Assembly: GCA_009859145.1 (NCBI GenBank)
Contig: VRVR01000004.1
Coordinates: 44,407-108,406 of the forward strand
Source: Andalucia godoyi And28
Taxonomy: Eukaryota > Protista > Jakobida
DNA length: 64,000 nucleotides
Reading direction: 5' to 3'
The position numbers were made by a program, and so were the translations under genes. A model generated the notes under the pieces. That model saw nothing but the letters and a program-made list of their open reading frames with translations, was not told where the DNA came from and did no database searches. Positions 1-8,588 of the stretch are shown here, piece by piece. Numbering within the stretch: position 1 is the first letter of the stretch; every line of letters begins with the position of its first letter.

Positions 1-14
1 TTCCCCCGACTCCA

Positions 15-2372
15 ATGTCCCCGGTCCCGTCTTCTAAAGGCAGCGGCGCGACGCCGTCTTCTTCTGGCAAGAGTAGGCACAAGAACTCCCCGTCGGATGC
101 CGAAGGCCAGATTCCAATTTCAGCGCGGTCGCCCGCTTCGAATCCCTTCAACGGAGGTGCGACCGTTGTTGCATCTGGTGTTGTGGTTGCTAGCAGTGGG
201 ACCCCGGGTGTGGTGCCGTCGTCTGCCTCCGGGGCCGCTGGGGCACAGCGTGGTCGGCACAAGAGACACCCTTCGTCTGATGGTGGCTCTGGAGTAGCGA
301 CGCAACCCCGGGCTGAAGTGAAGAAGCATTGGAAGTACAAAAAGGGTGAATATCTCGGAGAAGGTGCTTACGGAAAGGTATTCTTGGGCCTCGATGAGAG
401 TGGGCGGCTTCTCGCGATTAAAGAAGTTTCGATGGCGCAGAATGCGGAGGAGGCGCAGAAACTCGAACACGAAATATCTGTAATGTCGCAACTACATCAT
501 CCAAATATTGTGGAGTATCTGGGTGTCGAAAGGGACAACGAGCGTGGATGCATTTATATTTTAATGGAGTATGTACCTGGCGGCTCGATTGCATCCCTTA
601 TTCGCCGTTTCGGGCGATTTGACGAATCCGTCATCCGCATGTATCTGAAACAGATTCTTGCTGGTCTGCAGTTCTTGCACGCACGGAACGTTGTGCATCG
701 TGACATCAAGGGTGCGAATATCCTTGTTGACAATCTTGGCGTGATTAAACTTGCAGACTTTGGCGCGTCGAAACTGTTGCATGAAATGGTTTCAAAGCCT
801 CAACAAGGCATGCGTTCTCTTGCAGGATCTCCGTACTGGATGTCTCCTGAAATGATCAAACAGGTCGGTCACGACAAGGAAACTGACATTTGGAGTGTGG
901 GCTGTACAGTCTACGAGATGTTTTCCGGGACGCCTCCGTGGGCGCATCTGCGTGCCAGCAACAAGTTTGCATTGTTGTTCATGATTGCTTCTGCCAAAGA
1001 GCCGCCTCCATTGCCTGCGGATGTGTCCATTTCTCCTGAGGCGCAGGCCTTCTTGAAGCTGTGCTTCCAGCGGGATCCGAAAATGCGTCCCACCGTCGAT
1101 GAGTTGCTCCGGCATCCGTTCGTCAATGCAAAAGAAGACTTTGGAGAAACAATTGACTCCGAGGACGAGGACGAGCAGGAAGAAGAAGAGGCGATCACCC
1201 ACGTCAGCGACGTTGAGAAACCACCACCTCCACACGTGGATGTGTATGCCCCCAATGCCGATCGTCCAATGGAGCATGATAGAATGCATCATAGCCTTGA
1301 ACGCGGTGTAGATCTGCGCAAACGCGCCTCGTTCCACATTCATCAAGAGTATCTGCGAAGAATTGGCAGTAACCTCGACAGCGTGCGGAAATCCCTCGCT
1401 CTTGCGGAAGACAACATGTCTCCCGATGTTCCGGGTGTTTCGGATCTCGATCTCGGGGACATGGTTGACAAGGAGATTGTGATTGACGGGGAGCTGGCTG
1501 ATCCGTTGGTGTCAGCTGCTGCGAATCGACTGACAAGGAAAAGATCGTCCACCTTTACCAGCGGATCGGAATTCCGAGCCTCGCTAAATGCCGCGTCAAC
1601 TCCGGAGCAAGAGGAGACGAAGCGGCGCATGAGCGTTCTCCTCGTGGATCAAGCGTTCAGCACCCACTCTCATTCTACGCCGGCGCTGTCGATGTCGGAG
1701 CATTCGTCGTCGACGATTGCTGAGCGGCCTCCTGCCTCTCTCGCGGTTGTGGTACCGTCTAATGCGATTGAACGTGCCCATCCAAGCATGGCCCCGCAGA
1801 AATCAGTACCATTCAGTCGCAAGGCGGACTTTGGCGATGAAGATATTTTTGAAGAGCATATCGGAGAGTCGTCCGCAATGAAACTGTCCAGTTCTGCTCC
1901 GAAGGACGGGGGTGCTGGGCTTGCTGGTCGGTCTCGAGAGCCAGAAACTCCCACTTACATTCGAGTACCCGAAGAGGGGCCGTTTGGAACAACAGCGGAT
2001 GGCAGTTCATCTGTCTCACGAGGCTTCTTTGCGCGAGCTCGTAGTCAGTCAAAGGGTCGAATGCAGCACATCATCAGTCGTGAAATGGAACGGCAGCGTG
2101 AGAATGAACGCGAGTGGGAGAAGTCGCATCGCAGCACGTCGACTCTTTCCTCGGGCTCTGGGAGCAGCAATGTCCCGTCGTCCACCAGATCGATTGATTC
2201 TCACGGCAATGCATTTTCCCCATCGTTTTCTACTCCAAAACCTGGTGGTTCGGTTTCTCCAAAGAACGATGCGGCGACTGCGGATGTGTTTGACGGTGTG
2301 GTGGATATTGTTATTGAAGACGAGATGCCCAGTGAGCAACCAAAGAAGCCTTCCCGTTCCACAAGCAGTTAG
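15..2372 (+). CDS. MAP kinase kinase kinase (STE11/NPK1-like Ser/Thr kinase) with long disordered C-terminus
   Basis: GEGAYGKVF glycine loop, LAIKEV, HRDIKGAN, DFG, GSPYWMSPE and DIWSVGC motifs; intronless 785-aa ORF. Confidence 0.9.
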   Translation: MSPVPSSKGSGATPSSSGKSRHKNSPSDAEGQIPISARSPASNPFNGGATVVASGVVVASSGTPGVVPSSASGAAGAQRGRHKRHPSSDGGSGVATQPRAEVKKHWKYKKGEYLGEGAYGKVFLGLDESGRLLAIKEVSMAQNAEEAQKLEHEISVMSQLHHPNIVEYLGVERDNERGCIYILMEYVPGGSIASLIRRFGRFDESVIRMYLKQILAGLQFLHARNVVHRDIKGANILVDNLGVIKLADFGASKLLHEMVSKPQQGMRSLAGSPYWMSPEMIKQVGHDKETDIWSVGCTVYEMFSGTPPWAHLRASNKFALLFMIASAKEPPPLPADVSISPEAQAFLKLCFQRDPKMRPTVDELLRHPFVNAKEDFGETIDSEDEDEQEEEEAITHVSDVEKPPPPHVDVYAPNADRPMEHDRMHHSLERGVDLRKRASFHIHQEYLRRIGSNLDSVRKSLALAEDNMSPDVPGVSDLDLGDMVDKEIVIDGELADPLVSAAANRLTRKRSSTFTSGSEFRASLNAASTPEQEETKRRMSVLLVDQAFSTHSHSTPALSMSEHSSSTIAERPPASLAVVVPSNAIERAHPSMAPQKSVPFSRKADFGDEDIFEEHIGESSAMKLSSSAPKDGGAGLAGRSREPETPTYIRVPEEGPFGTTADGSSSVSRGFFARARSQSKGRMQHIISREMERQRENEREWEKSHRSTSTLSSGSGSSNVPSSTRSIDSHGNAFSPSFSTPKPGGSVSPKNDAATADVFDGVVDIVIEDEMPSEQPKKPSRSTSS

Positions 2373-2436
2373 TCGCCGGAGTTTCTGCGTTCGGCTGCCT
2401 GTTGGTTTGAATTTGTTATTGTACCTTTAAAAAAGC

Positions 2437-2880
2437 CGTTGAATAATAACACGTCATTGTCATGCATACGGATGGAAGTACACATAAACAGACACACGGT
2501 CAATGCTGGCCGACACTAGCACGTTTTTGCTTCGCAGGGAACTCGTGCTTACGCACGCTCGGCCAGAATTCAGCCGGTGACACAGGCACCGCATTTTCGA
2601 CACTCTTTAACGCATCATCCGTAGCCATCTATTCTATCATTCGTTCTTTTTGCAACGTTTGTTCCATAGGGCGACTGAGTATCGCGAGCGGCGGAAGCAA
2701 AGTGTCTGCATGTCCCGCGTGTAGGCCACAGATTGATCGAGATTGGGAACGGAGCGCGGAACATTTATCTGAAGAACGCCGTGGGGCGTGTTGGGGCCTA
2801 TCCCCTTCCCGGCAACGGGATGCCAGATTGAATACGCATGTCTATTCGTAGTTATGCATGTTCAGTGTATGATGTAGGCG
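2437..2880 (+). mobile_element. Non-autonomous IS607/Fanzor2-derived element, copy 1 (left-end type A)
   Basis: Starts CCG|TTGAATAATAACACGTCATTGTCATGCATAC, shared with the copies at 16193 and 48073. Encodes GGSKVSACPACRPQIDRDW and, after an extra G, NGARNIYLKNA (TnpB/Fanzor ZnF + RuvC-III). Ends ATGTAGGCG. Confidence 0.85.
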
Positions 2881-2964
2881 TAATGCATGCACAGTGCTTC
2901 TTTGTTCTTGGCGTGTTCAGAACAGCAATCATTTCTCCGTGCGTTGGGAGGTGACGGTCATATC

Positions 2965-5640
2965 TCAGAACTGCATGTCTGTGTACTCTCCGACATCCAA
3001 ATCGAGTAGTTGATCGGTACCGGTCGCCAAGTTCAAAGCTGAAACGCGCTGGGAGGACAGTGAGTCAGAGGTCCGAGCTTGGTCCTTTTCAGCCTGAGCA
3101 ATGTAAGAATCCCAGTCGAACTCGGGATCGTCAAAATCGTCATCCAAATCTCCGGCGACGGGCGCATGTGGTGATGCTTTCACAGTGGATGCAGAGGACT
3201 TGGGGAGGGAGCGGGGACGCTTTGCCGCAGGGCCCGCATCATCATGCGCCGCCGAAACACCCTTGATGGAAGAAGCGGCTTTCTTGCAATTCTGCATACC
3301 GCTCGGTGCGGCGGCCGGTCGAAGCTCTGTGTCGCCTTCTAACAGAGAGAAATCATCCGCATCCTCAATGTCCGCTGTATCAATACCAGCAGACAGATCT
3401 TTGGTATGCAACAGCTTGTCCGTTTTCCCAAAGAAACTCTCGATCCTATGAGAGCTGGTGTCCAGAAGTGTCCGAGATTCCACGTCCATCTTTGTGGACT
3501 CAGCATTTCCCTCCAGAGTTTTTCCAAGAACGGAGAGCTTGTTGCGAAGCAGCGTCCAAATATGGTCGTCAAACGTACCTGTTGCAATCAAATAGCGGAT
3601 CAATACGGAATTCACTTGCCCAATGCGGTGCACACGATCCTCGCATTGGAAAAGAAGCCCGGGTGTCCACTGCAGCTCCGCAAACACCACATCGGAACAG
3701 GGTGTCAGCGTAAGACCCGTTCCGGCTGCTGCCATTGACAAAATTGCGAGCTGACAACCAGTTAGATCTGTTCTGAACTTCTCGGCTAGCACATGCCGCT
3801 TTTCTGCCGACGTTGAGCCGTCAATCAGAATGTAACCAACTTTTTTCTTCTTTGCCATCTGCTCCAGTTCCTCAAGGACTTTCAGATGATGGCCAAACAC
3901 GATGAACCTCGTTCCAGTCTCCAATAAATCTGAAACGTATTCAAGAACTGCCTTGAGCTTTGCGTTGGCAGTGTCACGCCACAGATCCATCAGCGCTCCT
4001 TTCCTCTGATTTTCAAATCGTACTCTCTCATCCTGCCGCATCGACGATCCCCGACCCTTGATCATCTGCTCCAATTCTCGGAGCTGCTCCAGTCGCATGG
4101 AAAACTTTCTCTGGATGTCAGCAGACACCTCCAAGTCCACGCGCTGCCTTCGCTTTGCCGGCAGCTGAGAAAATACTTCTTGTTTCTGTCGCCGAATCAT
4201 CACGAAGTGGGACAAGAGCAGGTGCAGTTCTTCGAGGTGAGACGATCCCGAGAAATCGAGTCCAAATTGCCCTTCCCGGCCATTGCAGTATCGAAATCCA
4301 TACACTTCCTTGTTCGTGAACAGCGTCGGAAGAATCGCCTGTACCTGTGTGTACAACTCGATGGGACGAGACAAGGCAGGTGTCCCGGTAAGAAGCAGTG
4401 TTCTCTTCGCCTTCTTTAGCAGCGGCAGCAGCGCGGTCGTTCTTTGCGCTTGCAAATTCTTAATGTAGTGTGCTTCATCGGCGATGAAACACTGAAAATT
4501 CGATTCGGCCAACCGAGTCGCCATTTTCGCGGCAAGGTCATACGAAACGATGAGCACTTGGAACTCTTCGCCATGAGAAGCATACTTGTCATTCGAGGCA
4601 CTCACAATGACATGGATCTCATCTTCGCTGATGAAGGATCGTGGCAGCCATTTCAGTATCTCTGCTTTCCACTGAAATCGTACCGATGAAGGCACAATCA
4701 CACACATCGGCCATTCTTTTCGATAGCAATACATGAGTGCGATGGCTTGAATGGTTTTTCCAAGTCCTGGATGATCCGCAATCAACGCACGCCCATTCCT
4801 CTGCAATGCAAACAAGACACCTTCCTTCTGAAACGGCATCATGGACTGGAGCAAGGACGCCGGCAGCGCCTTCTCCAAGTATCCCATATCAAATGTCTGT
4901 TTTGCAAAGTACTGGCTGGCATTTTCGAGTGTCTTTAAACACGACGCCGGAATGTCCTCTACTTTCAGCAGGCCCTCTGCAGCGATAGGCAGTGCTTGCA
5001 GCCGGCAAACAAGCTTTTCATACTGCATCCGCGAGATGCCGTACACACACCTGCCCTTGTTTTCAAGAACTTCGCGTTCCTCGGCCGCAAAGACCTTAAT
5101 TGCATTTTCAACGATCTGCGATTCTGCATACCCTGGGTCAATTCGAATCAATACTTGGTCCAGGCGCGCCATCTCCAGTCCAACTCGACACGGAATCGCA
5201 CGAGTTGCTGTCTTTTGTGCGATTCCCGGTGTAACTCCTGATGGCTGCTTCTTCCACCAAGGCTGCTGCTGGTTAGGCGGACTAGGCGGGCCTCGACTTG
5301 CGTGGCTCCCCACAAGCCCTGGACCTGGCTGCGGCTGTGCTTGCGGTGGACTCTTCATCGAGGCGGCAGCACTGATAGGATGCCTTGTCTGATGTGGAAC
5401 CGATGATGTCGCGGTCGCAGTCGCGGTCGTCGAGCTCGACGTCGGGGCTGCGGTCCATTCGAAAAACTTGCACCCGTTTGGAAAACGGCCGCATGCATAA
5501 AAGAACCTTCCCTGCGTCGGGCCCTCTTTCCGAACCATTTTCCGCACTGCTGGAATCCCATGCTCGCAATTCGGAAAAACATCCTCAGAATCCAGTGCTT
5601 CGCCCTCTGAACCGCGCTTCCTTGGTGACTTGCCAGACAT
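2965..5640 (-). CDS. SMARCAL1: SMARCAL1/HARP-like SNF2 annealing helicase with N-terminal GRF zinc finger
   Basis: PFQKEGV, ALIADHPGLGKTIQA, DEAHYIKN, LLTGTPALSRPIELYTQ and QCEDRVHRIGQ motifs; N-terminal CEHG...GRFFYAC...CKFFEW; first ATG at 5640. Confidence 0.85.
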   Translation of the reverse strand: MSGKSPRKRGSEGEALDSEDVFPNCEHGIPAVRKMVRKEGPTQGRFFYACGRFPNGCKFFEWTAAPTSSSTTATATATSSVPHQTRHPISAAASMKSPPQAQPQPGPGLVGSHASRGPPSPPNQQQPWWKKQPSGVTPGIAQKTATRAIPCRVGLEMARLDQVLIRIDPGYAESQIVENAIKVFAAEEREVLENKGRCVYGISRMQYEKLVCRLQALPIAAEGLLKVEDIPASCLKTLENASQYFAKQTFDMGYLEKALPASLLQSMMPFQKEGVLFALQRNGRALIADHPGLGKTIQAIALMYCYRKEWPMCVIVPSSVRFQWKAEILKWLPRSFISEDEIHVIVSASNDKYASHGEEFQVLIVSYDLAAKMATRLAESNFQCFIADEAHYIKNLQAQRTTALLPLLKKAKRTLLLTGTPALSRPIELYTQVQAILPTLFTNKEVYGFRYCNGREGQFGLDFSGSSHLEELHLLLSHFVMIRRQKQEVFSQLPAKRRQRVDLEVSADIQRKFSMRLEQLRELEQMIKGRGSSMRQDERVRFENQRKGALMDLWRDTANAKLKAVLEYVSDLLETGTRFIVFGHHLKVLEELEQMAKKKKVGYILIDGSTSAEKRHVLAEKFRTDLTGCQLAILSMAAAGTGLTLTPCSDVVFAELQWTPGLLFQCEDRVHRIGQVNSVLIRYLIATGTFDDHIWTLLRNKLSVLGKTLEGNAESTKMDVESRTLLDTSSHRIESFFGKTDKLLHTKDLSAGIDTADIEDADDFSLLEGDTELRPAAAPSGMQNCKKAASSIKGVSAAHDDAGPAAKRPRSLPKSSASTVKASPHAPVAGDLDDDFDDPEFDWDSYIAQAEKDQARTSDSLSSQRVSALNLATGTDQLLDLDVGEYTDMQF

Positions 5641-5699
5641 CTGCACCCTCCCGTAAATCGTATGAACCTCTCAACCGTCAACCTTCAAAACCTCAACCT

Positions 5700-5738
5700 C
5701 CAAGCTCCAAGCTCTAAGCTCTAAGCTCCAAGCTCCAA
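5700..5738. repeat. Heptamer tandem repeat (CYAAGCT)x5
   Basis: Read directly; about 60 bp upstream of the SMARCAL1 ATG. Confidence 0.9.
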
Positions 5739-6029
5739 ATACATAACAATAATGGAGAGAATGATGAAATATGAAAAGGCTGCAACATGACGGAATTTCA
5801 AGAGAAAATACTGTATAAGGGGAATTGCCGCCCGCGCCAAAAGAGGACGCTTGAGGGTATGTCTCCTTTGGTGCCTCAAGTGTTCTTTAACGATCCTTTG
5901 GTCCATTTTGAAATGACATATGCAAATCCTGTTGAATGTTTCGTTTATTTTCATTCTTACTTCATTCATTCTTCCCTTCTTCTTTTTTCCATTGTTTTTT
6001 CATTTTTTTGGGCAAGTTTTCGCGAAACC

Positions 6030-6254
6030 ATGGCAGGAGTTCCAAAGTCTACTTTAAAGAACATTTTCAAGCGTCATGCACCTGCGCATCGGCTTTCGCG
6101 GAATTCGGAGCTTATGATGTACCTGAATTACGTTCTCTTTATGCGAAAGCTCTCCCAGATGGCCCAAACAGAGTCTACAAAAGACGGATCCAAGATTATC
6201 AGAGGACGGCATGTCCAGGCTGCTGCCCAGCGCATCATGGACGAAATGAAGTGA
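6030..6254 (+). CDS. CENPW: CENP-W-like histone-fold kinetochore protein (74 aa)
   Basis: MAGVPKSTLKNIFKRHAPAHRLSRNSELMMYLNYVLFMRKL...SKIIRGRHVQAAAQRIM follows the CENP-W pattern PRxTLKxIxK...RL...L+xLxxLLFxxxLA...KII..EHxxAAAK. Confidence 0.75.
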   Translation: MAGVPKSTLKNIFKRHAPAHRLSRNSELMMYLNYVLFMRKLSQMAQTESTKDGSKIIRGRHVQAAAQRIMDEMK

Positions 6255-6537
6255 TGTGTAGTTGTCTGTCAACTGAAGCTAATAGTTCTGAGAAACGGAT
6301 CATTTCCTTCGTTTCCCTGTTTCCCTCTTCTCAACCGTTTATGTGTTTGTGTGTGTGTGTGTTTCTTTCTTTCCTTGGCATTGTCCGTTCATTCATTTTT
6401 CTGCAGAGATAGCATCATCCAGTGGTAAAAAGAGACAGAAAATAATCGTCGTCGTACTGCTAGTCGGAATACGTTTTTGCAGTGCTTTTTACTGTATGAA
6501 TGCAGGAGACGAGATAGGCGGTGTGGAGCTCAAAGTT

Positions 6538-6600
6538 CGCTGTTCATCAGGTCCCTTTCCCAATGAAAAATTGTTTCAAAAGAGACCCTCATAATGGCAA
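6538..6600 (-). promoter_or_regulatory. Type-II SECIS element in the 3' UTR of the selenoprotein gene
   Basis: Minus strand reads ATGA-G-GGTCTCTTT-TG-AAA-CAAT-TTTTC-ATTG-GG-AAAGGGACC-TGA-T. This gives an AUGA/GA quartet, a 9-bp helix II, unpaired AAA and a CAAT/ATTG mini-stem, about 110 nt after the stop. Confidence 0.85.
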
Positions 6601-6702
6601 CCAAAAGAAGAAAAACACGCATTCAAGATTATGGTTATGACACTCGTCTACGCAATCTCCTGTACACTCTCACAAAGCACATCATTATCATCATCATCAT
6701 TA

Positions 6703-7110
6703 TCAGATCAAGGACCGTGATGACGGCACGTCAGTGATATCCGTACTGGTACCGGCATGATCCAGCCCTGCAGTGCCAACAGCTCGTGGTGATGCACAAG
6801 CATCAATGGACCGCGGAGCGGAAGTGCTTTCGCAGTAGTGTTTCTTGATCGCGGCGACCACATCCCTCGAGTATGGAACGGTTCCAGCTCGGATGCCACT
6901 TGCGAGAATCGTCCCATCGAACGCTTTGACTTCAAACGCCTCTCTTGGCAACTGACAATTCACCCGCTTTACAATCTCGATTGACGGCATCTCTTCCGCA
7001 AGAAACTCTCGAACCCGCTTGAATGCCGCAATCGCTCTTGAGCCTCAGCAATACTCTGCCGATATCGTAATCTCAACTTGGTGATCCGTCATTTCGTAAG
7101 CGCTGGCCAT
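6703..7110 (-). CDS. Selenoprotein of the Rdx (SelW/MIEN1-like) thioredoxin-fold family, 135 aa, TGA-Sec at codon 22
   Basis: ATG at 7110; MASAYEMTDHQVEITISAEYC-TGA(7047-7045)-GSRAIAAF...MPSIEI...AFEV...VPYSRDVVAAIKK. Homology to MIEN1/Rdx (IVVEYC..C, AFEI, FPYEKDLIEAIRR) lies on both sides of the TGA, and a SECIS follows. Confidence 0.8.
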
Positions 7111-7351
7111 TTTTCCTTTCTCAGTTTAACAAGCTGCGGTTGCTTTGTGTTCTTGTCGAATCGTAGAACAAACAAAAAGAAAAGAAAGAAACCAGAAACC
7201 AGAAACCAGAAACATGCACTCACAAACTTGAAATAGAAGCACACAATATTTTCCAAAAGGGTTTTGGAAGCGCGCTGCTTTTGTCGGGACATTTTTGTGA
7301 CAAAAATAGCCCATTCGGGACATTTCGCGAGAAAAATCCCCCGCTGAACGC

Positions 7352-7989
7352 CGCCTATATTGTACGCTGAAAGCGTAACAACGCCATCGCTGAGGATGCA
7401 TCATCAGTCAATGCTGCAGCCCGGACGGCGTTGCAGTATTGGGAGAGGGGGGTGGATAGGCTCCAGCACGCCACTTTGGCGTTCTAAAGATGAATGTTAA
7501 GCGCACTGTAGACACGTGAAGGGCTTGCTCCCACCGAAGTGACGGTGCATAACGCCACACAATCCGCAAGCTTTGAAAGCGTATTCTTCTGTGACGTTCG
7601 CGACCTGACCTGATCTGACTTGACAGTCTCTGAGCTCTTGTGCGTTGTGCAACAATCGCTGGAGAGACTCACAATGGGGTCTCCAACAACAGTATCTGGC
7701 GCGCGCGATCTTGCATTCGATCTGCCACATGCCCTGCAAAAAAACATCCCTGGCGTCTGCGAATTTTTGGAAGCATGAATGTGAACAATGCGCCTCATAC
7801 AACGTAATAAACACAGTGATATTTGCTAGCTTTGCAAAAGATGACCATCCGAAAATGCACAATCAATTCACTCGCCATTCTGCGGTCACGGATGCATGAT
7901 GCATCGACGACGCTCACTTTCGTCCCTGTGGTGCTTTTCGAACTGCGTGTTCATGTACAAAGAATTAGAAGATATCGAACTATTTGACG
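7352..7989 (-). mobile_element. IS607/Fanzor2-derived element, copy 2, longest nuclease remnant (pseudogene)
   Basis: Minus-strand ORF 7862-7497 encodes QRLLHNAQEL...VTEEYAFKACGLCGVMHRHFGGSKPFTCLQCA. The DRD segment is deleted, followed by NIHL*NA. The right end CAGCGTACAATATAGGCG ends at 7352. The candidate left junction CCG|TCAAATAG at 7990-7988 is less certain. Confidence 0.8.
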
Positions 7990-8249
7990 GGAACATCTGC
8001 ATTCGCAATTCAGCTGGCCTTGGCAGAAAATGATGATGTGCTCCTCAATCACATGAACAGAACGAAAAGTGCAAAGGGAAACAGCCATGTAAACCACACG
8101 CGCTCGTTGCTCAACAACTCTGCTTTCTTTCTTTTTGCTTTTTTAATTAACGCATGAACAACTCTACAAACTCAAACACTCTGACCCTGCCACCATCACC
8201 ACCATCATCATCATCATCATTACGACGATGAATATGCGGGCATGTGTCC

Positions 8250-8588
8250 TTAGATGATAAGCGGAGCAGCGACGTGGACGTCCTGCACCTTTGAGAGGAG
8301 GAAATCCGAGACGGTTCTCTTCTTCGCCGGGTCGATTCTCTTCACCTGCTCCAGCTCGATATCCGTTTGTCGCTCAAGTTGGATGCGATACTGATCTCTG
8401 CTGTTCAGATCCGACGCGTGCTTCTGGCGGAACTGATTCTCCATTTCCTGCTTGAACTTTTGGATCTCCGCCTCGGCCTCCGTCTTGGCTCGCTTCAAAA
8501 GCGCAATCCGTGCCTTCTTTGCCTCCGACACTACCGTATTGGCTTCTTGCTCCGCTGCCAAAAGCTTCTGCACCGACTTGTTATCCAT
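8250..8588 (-). CDS. ATP6V1G: V-type H+-ATPase subunit G
   Basis: SVQKLLAAEQEANTVVSEAKKARIALLKRAKTEAEAEI; 112 aa from ATG at 8588. Confidence 0.9.
   Translation of the reverse strand: MDNKSVQKLLAAEQEANTVVSEAKKARIALLKRAKTEAEAEIQKFKQEMENQFRQKHASDLNSRDQYRIQLERQTDIELEQVKRIDPAKKRTVSDFLLSKVQDVHVAAPLII

Noticed and set aside
2437-2880. IStron-like self-removal by splicing (GT at the CC|GT left junction, YAG|G at the right end)
   Set aside because: The GT context (GTTGAA, GTCGCT, GTCAAA) does not match the GTATGY donors of this genome. Splicing would leave +2 nt, and all copies are intergenic.
5787-6029. N-terminal extension of the CENP-W ORF
   Set aside because: It runs through T-rich UTR-like sequence; homology starts at the ATG at 6030.
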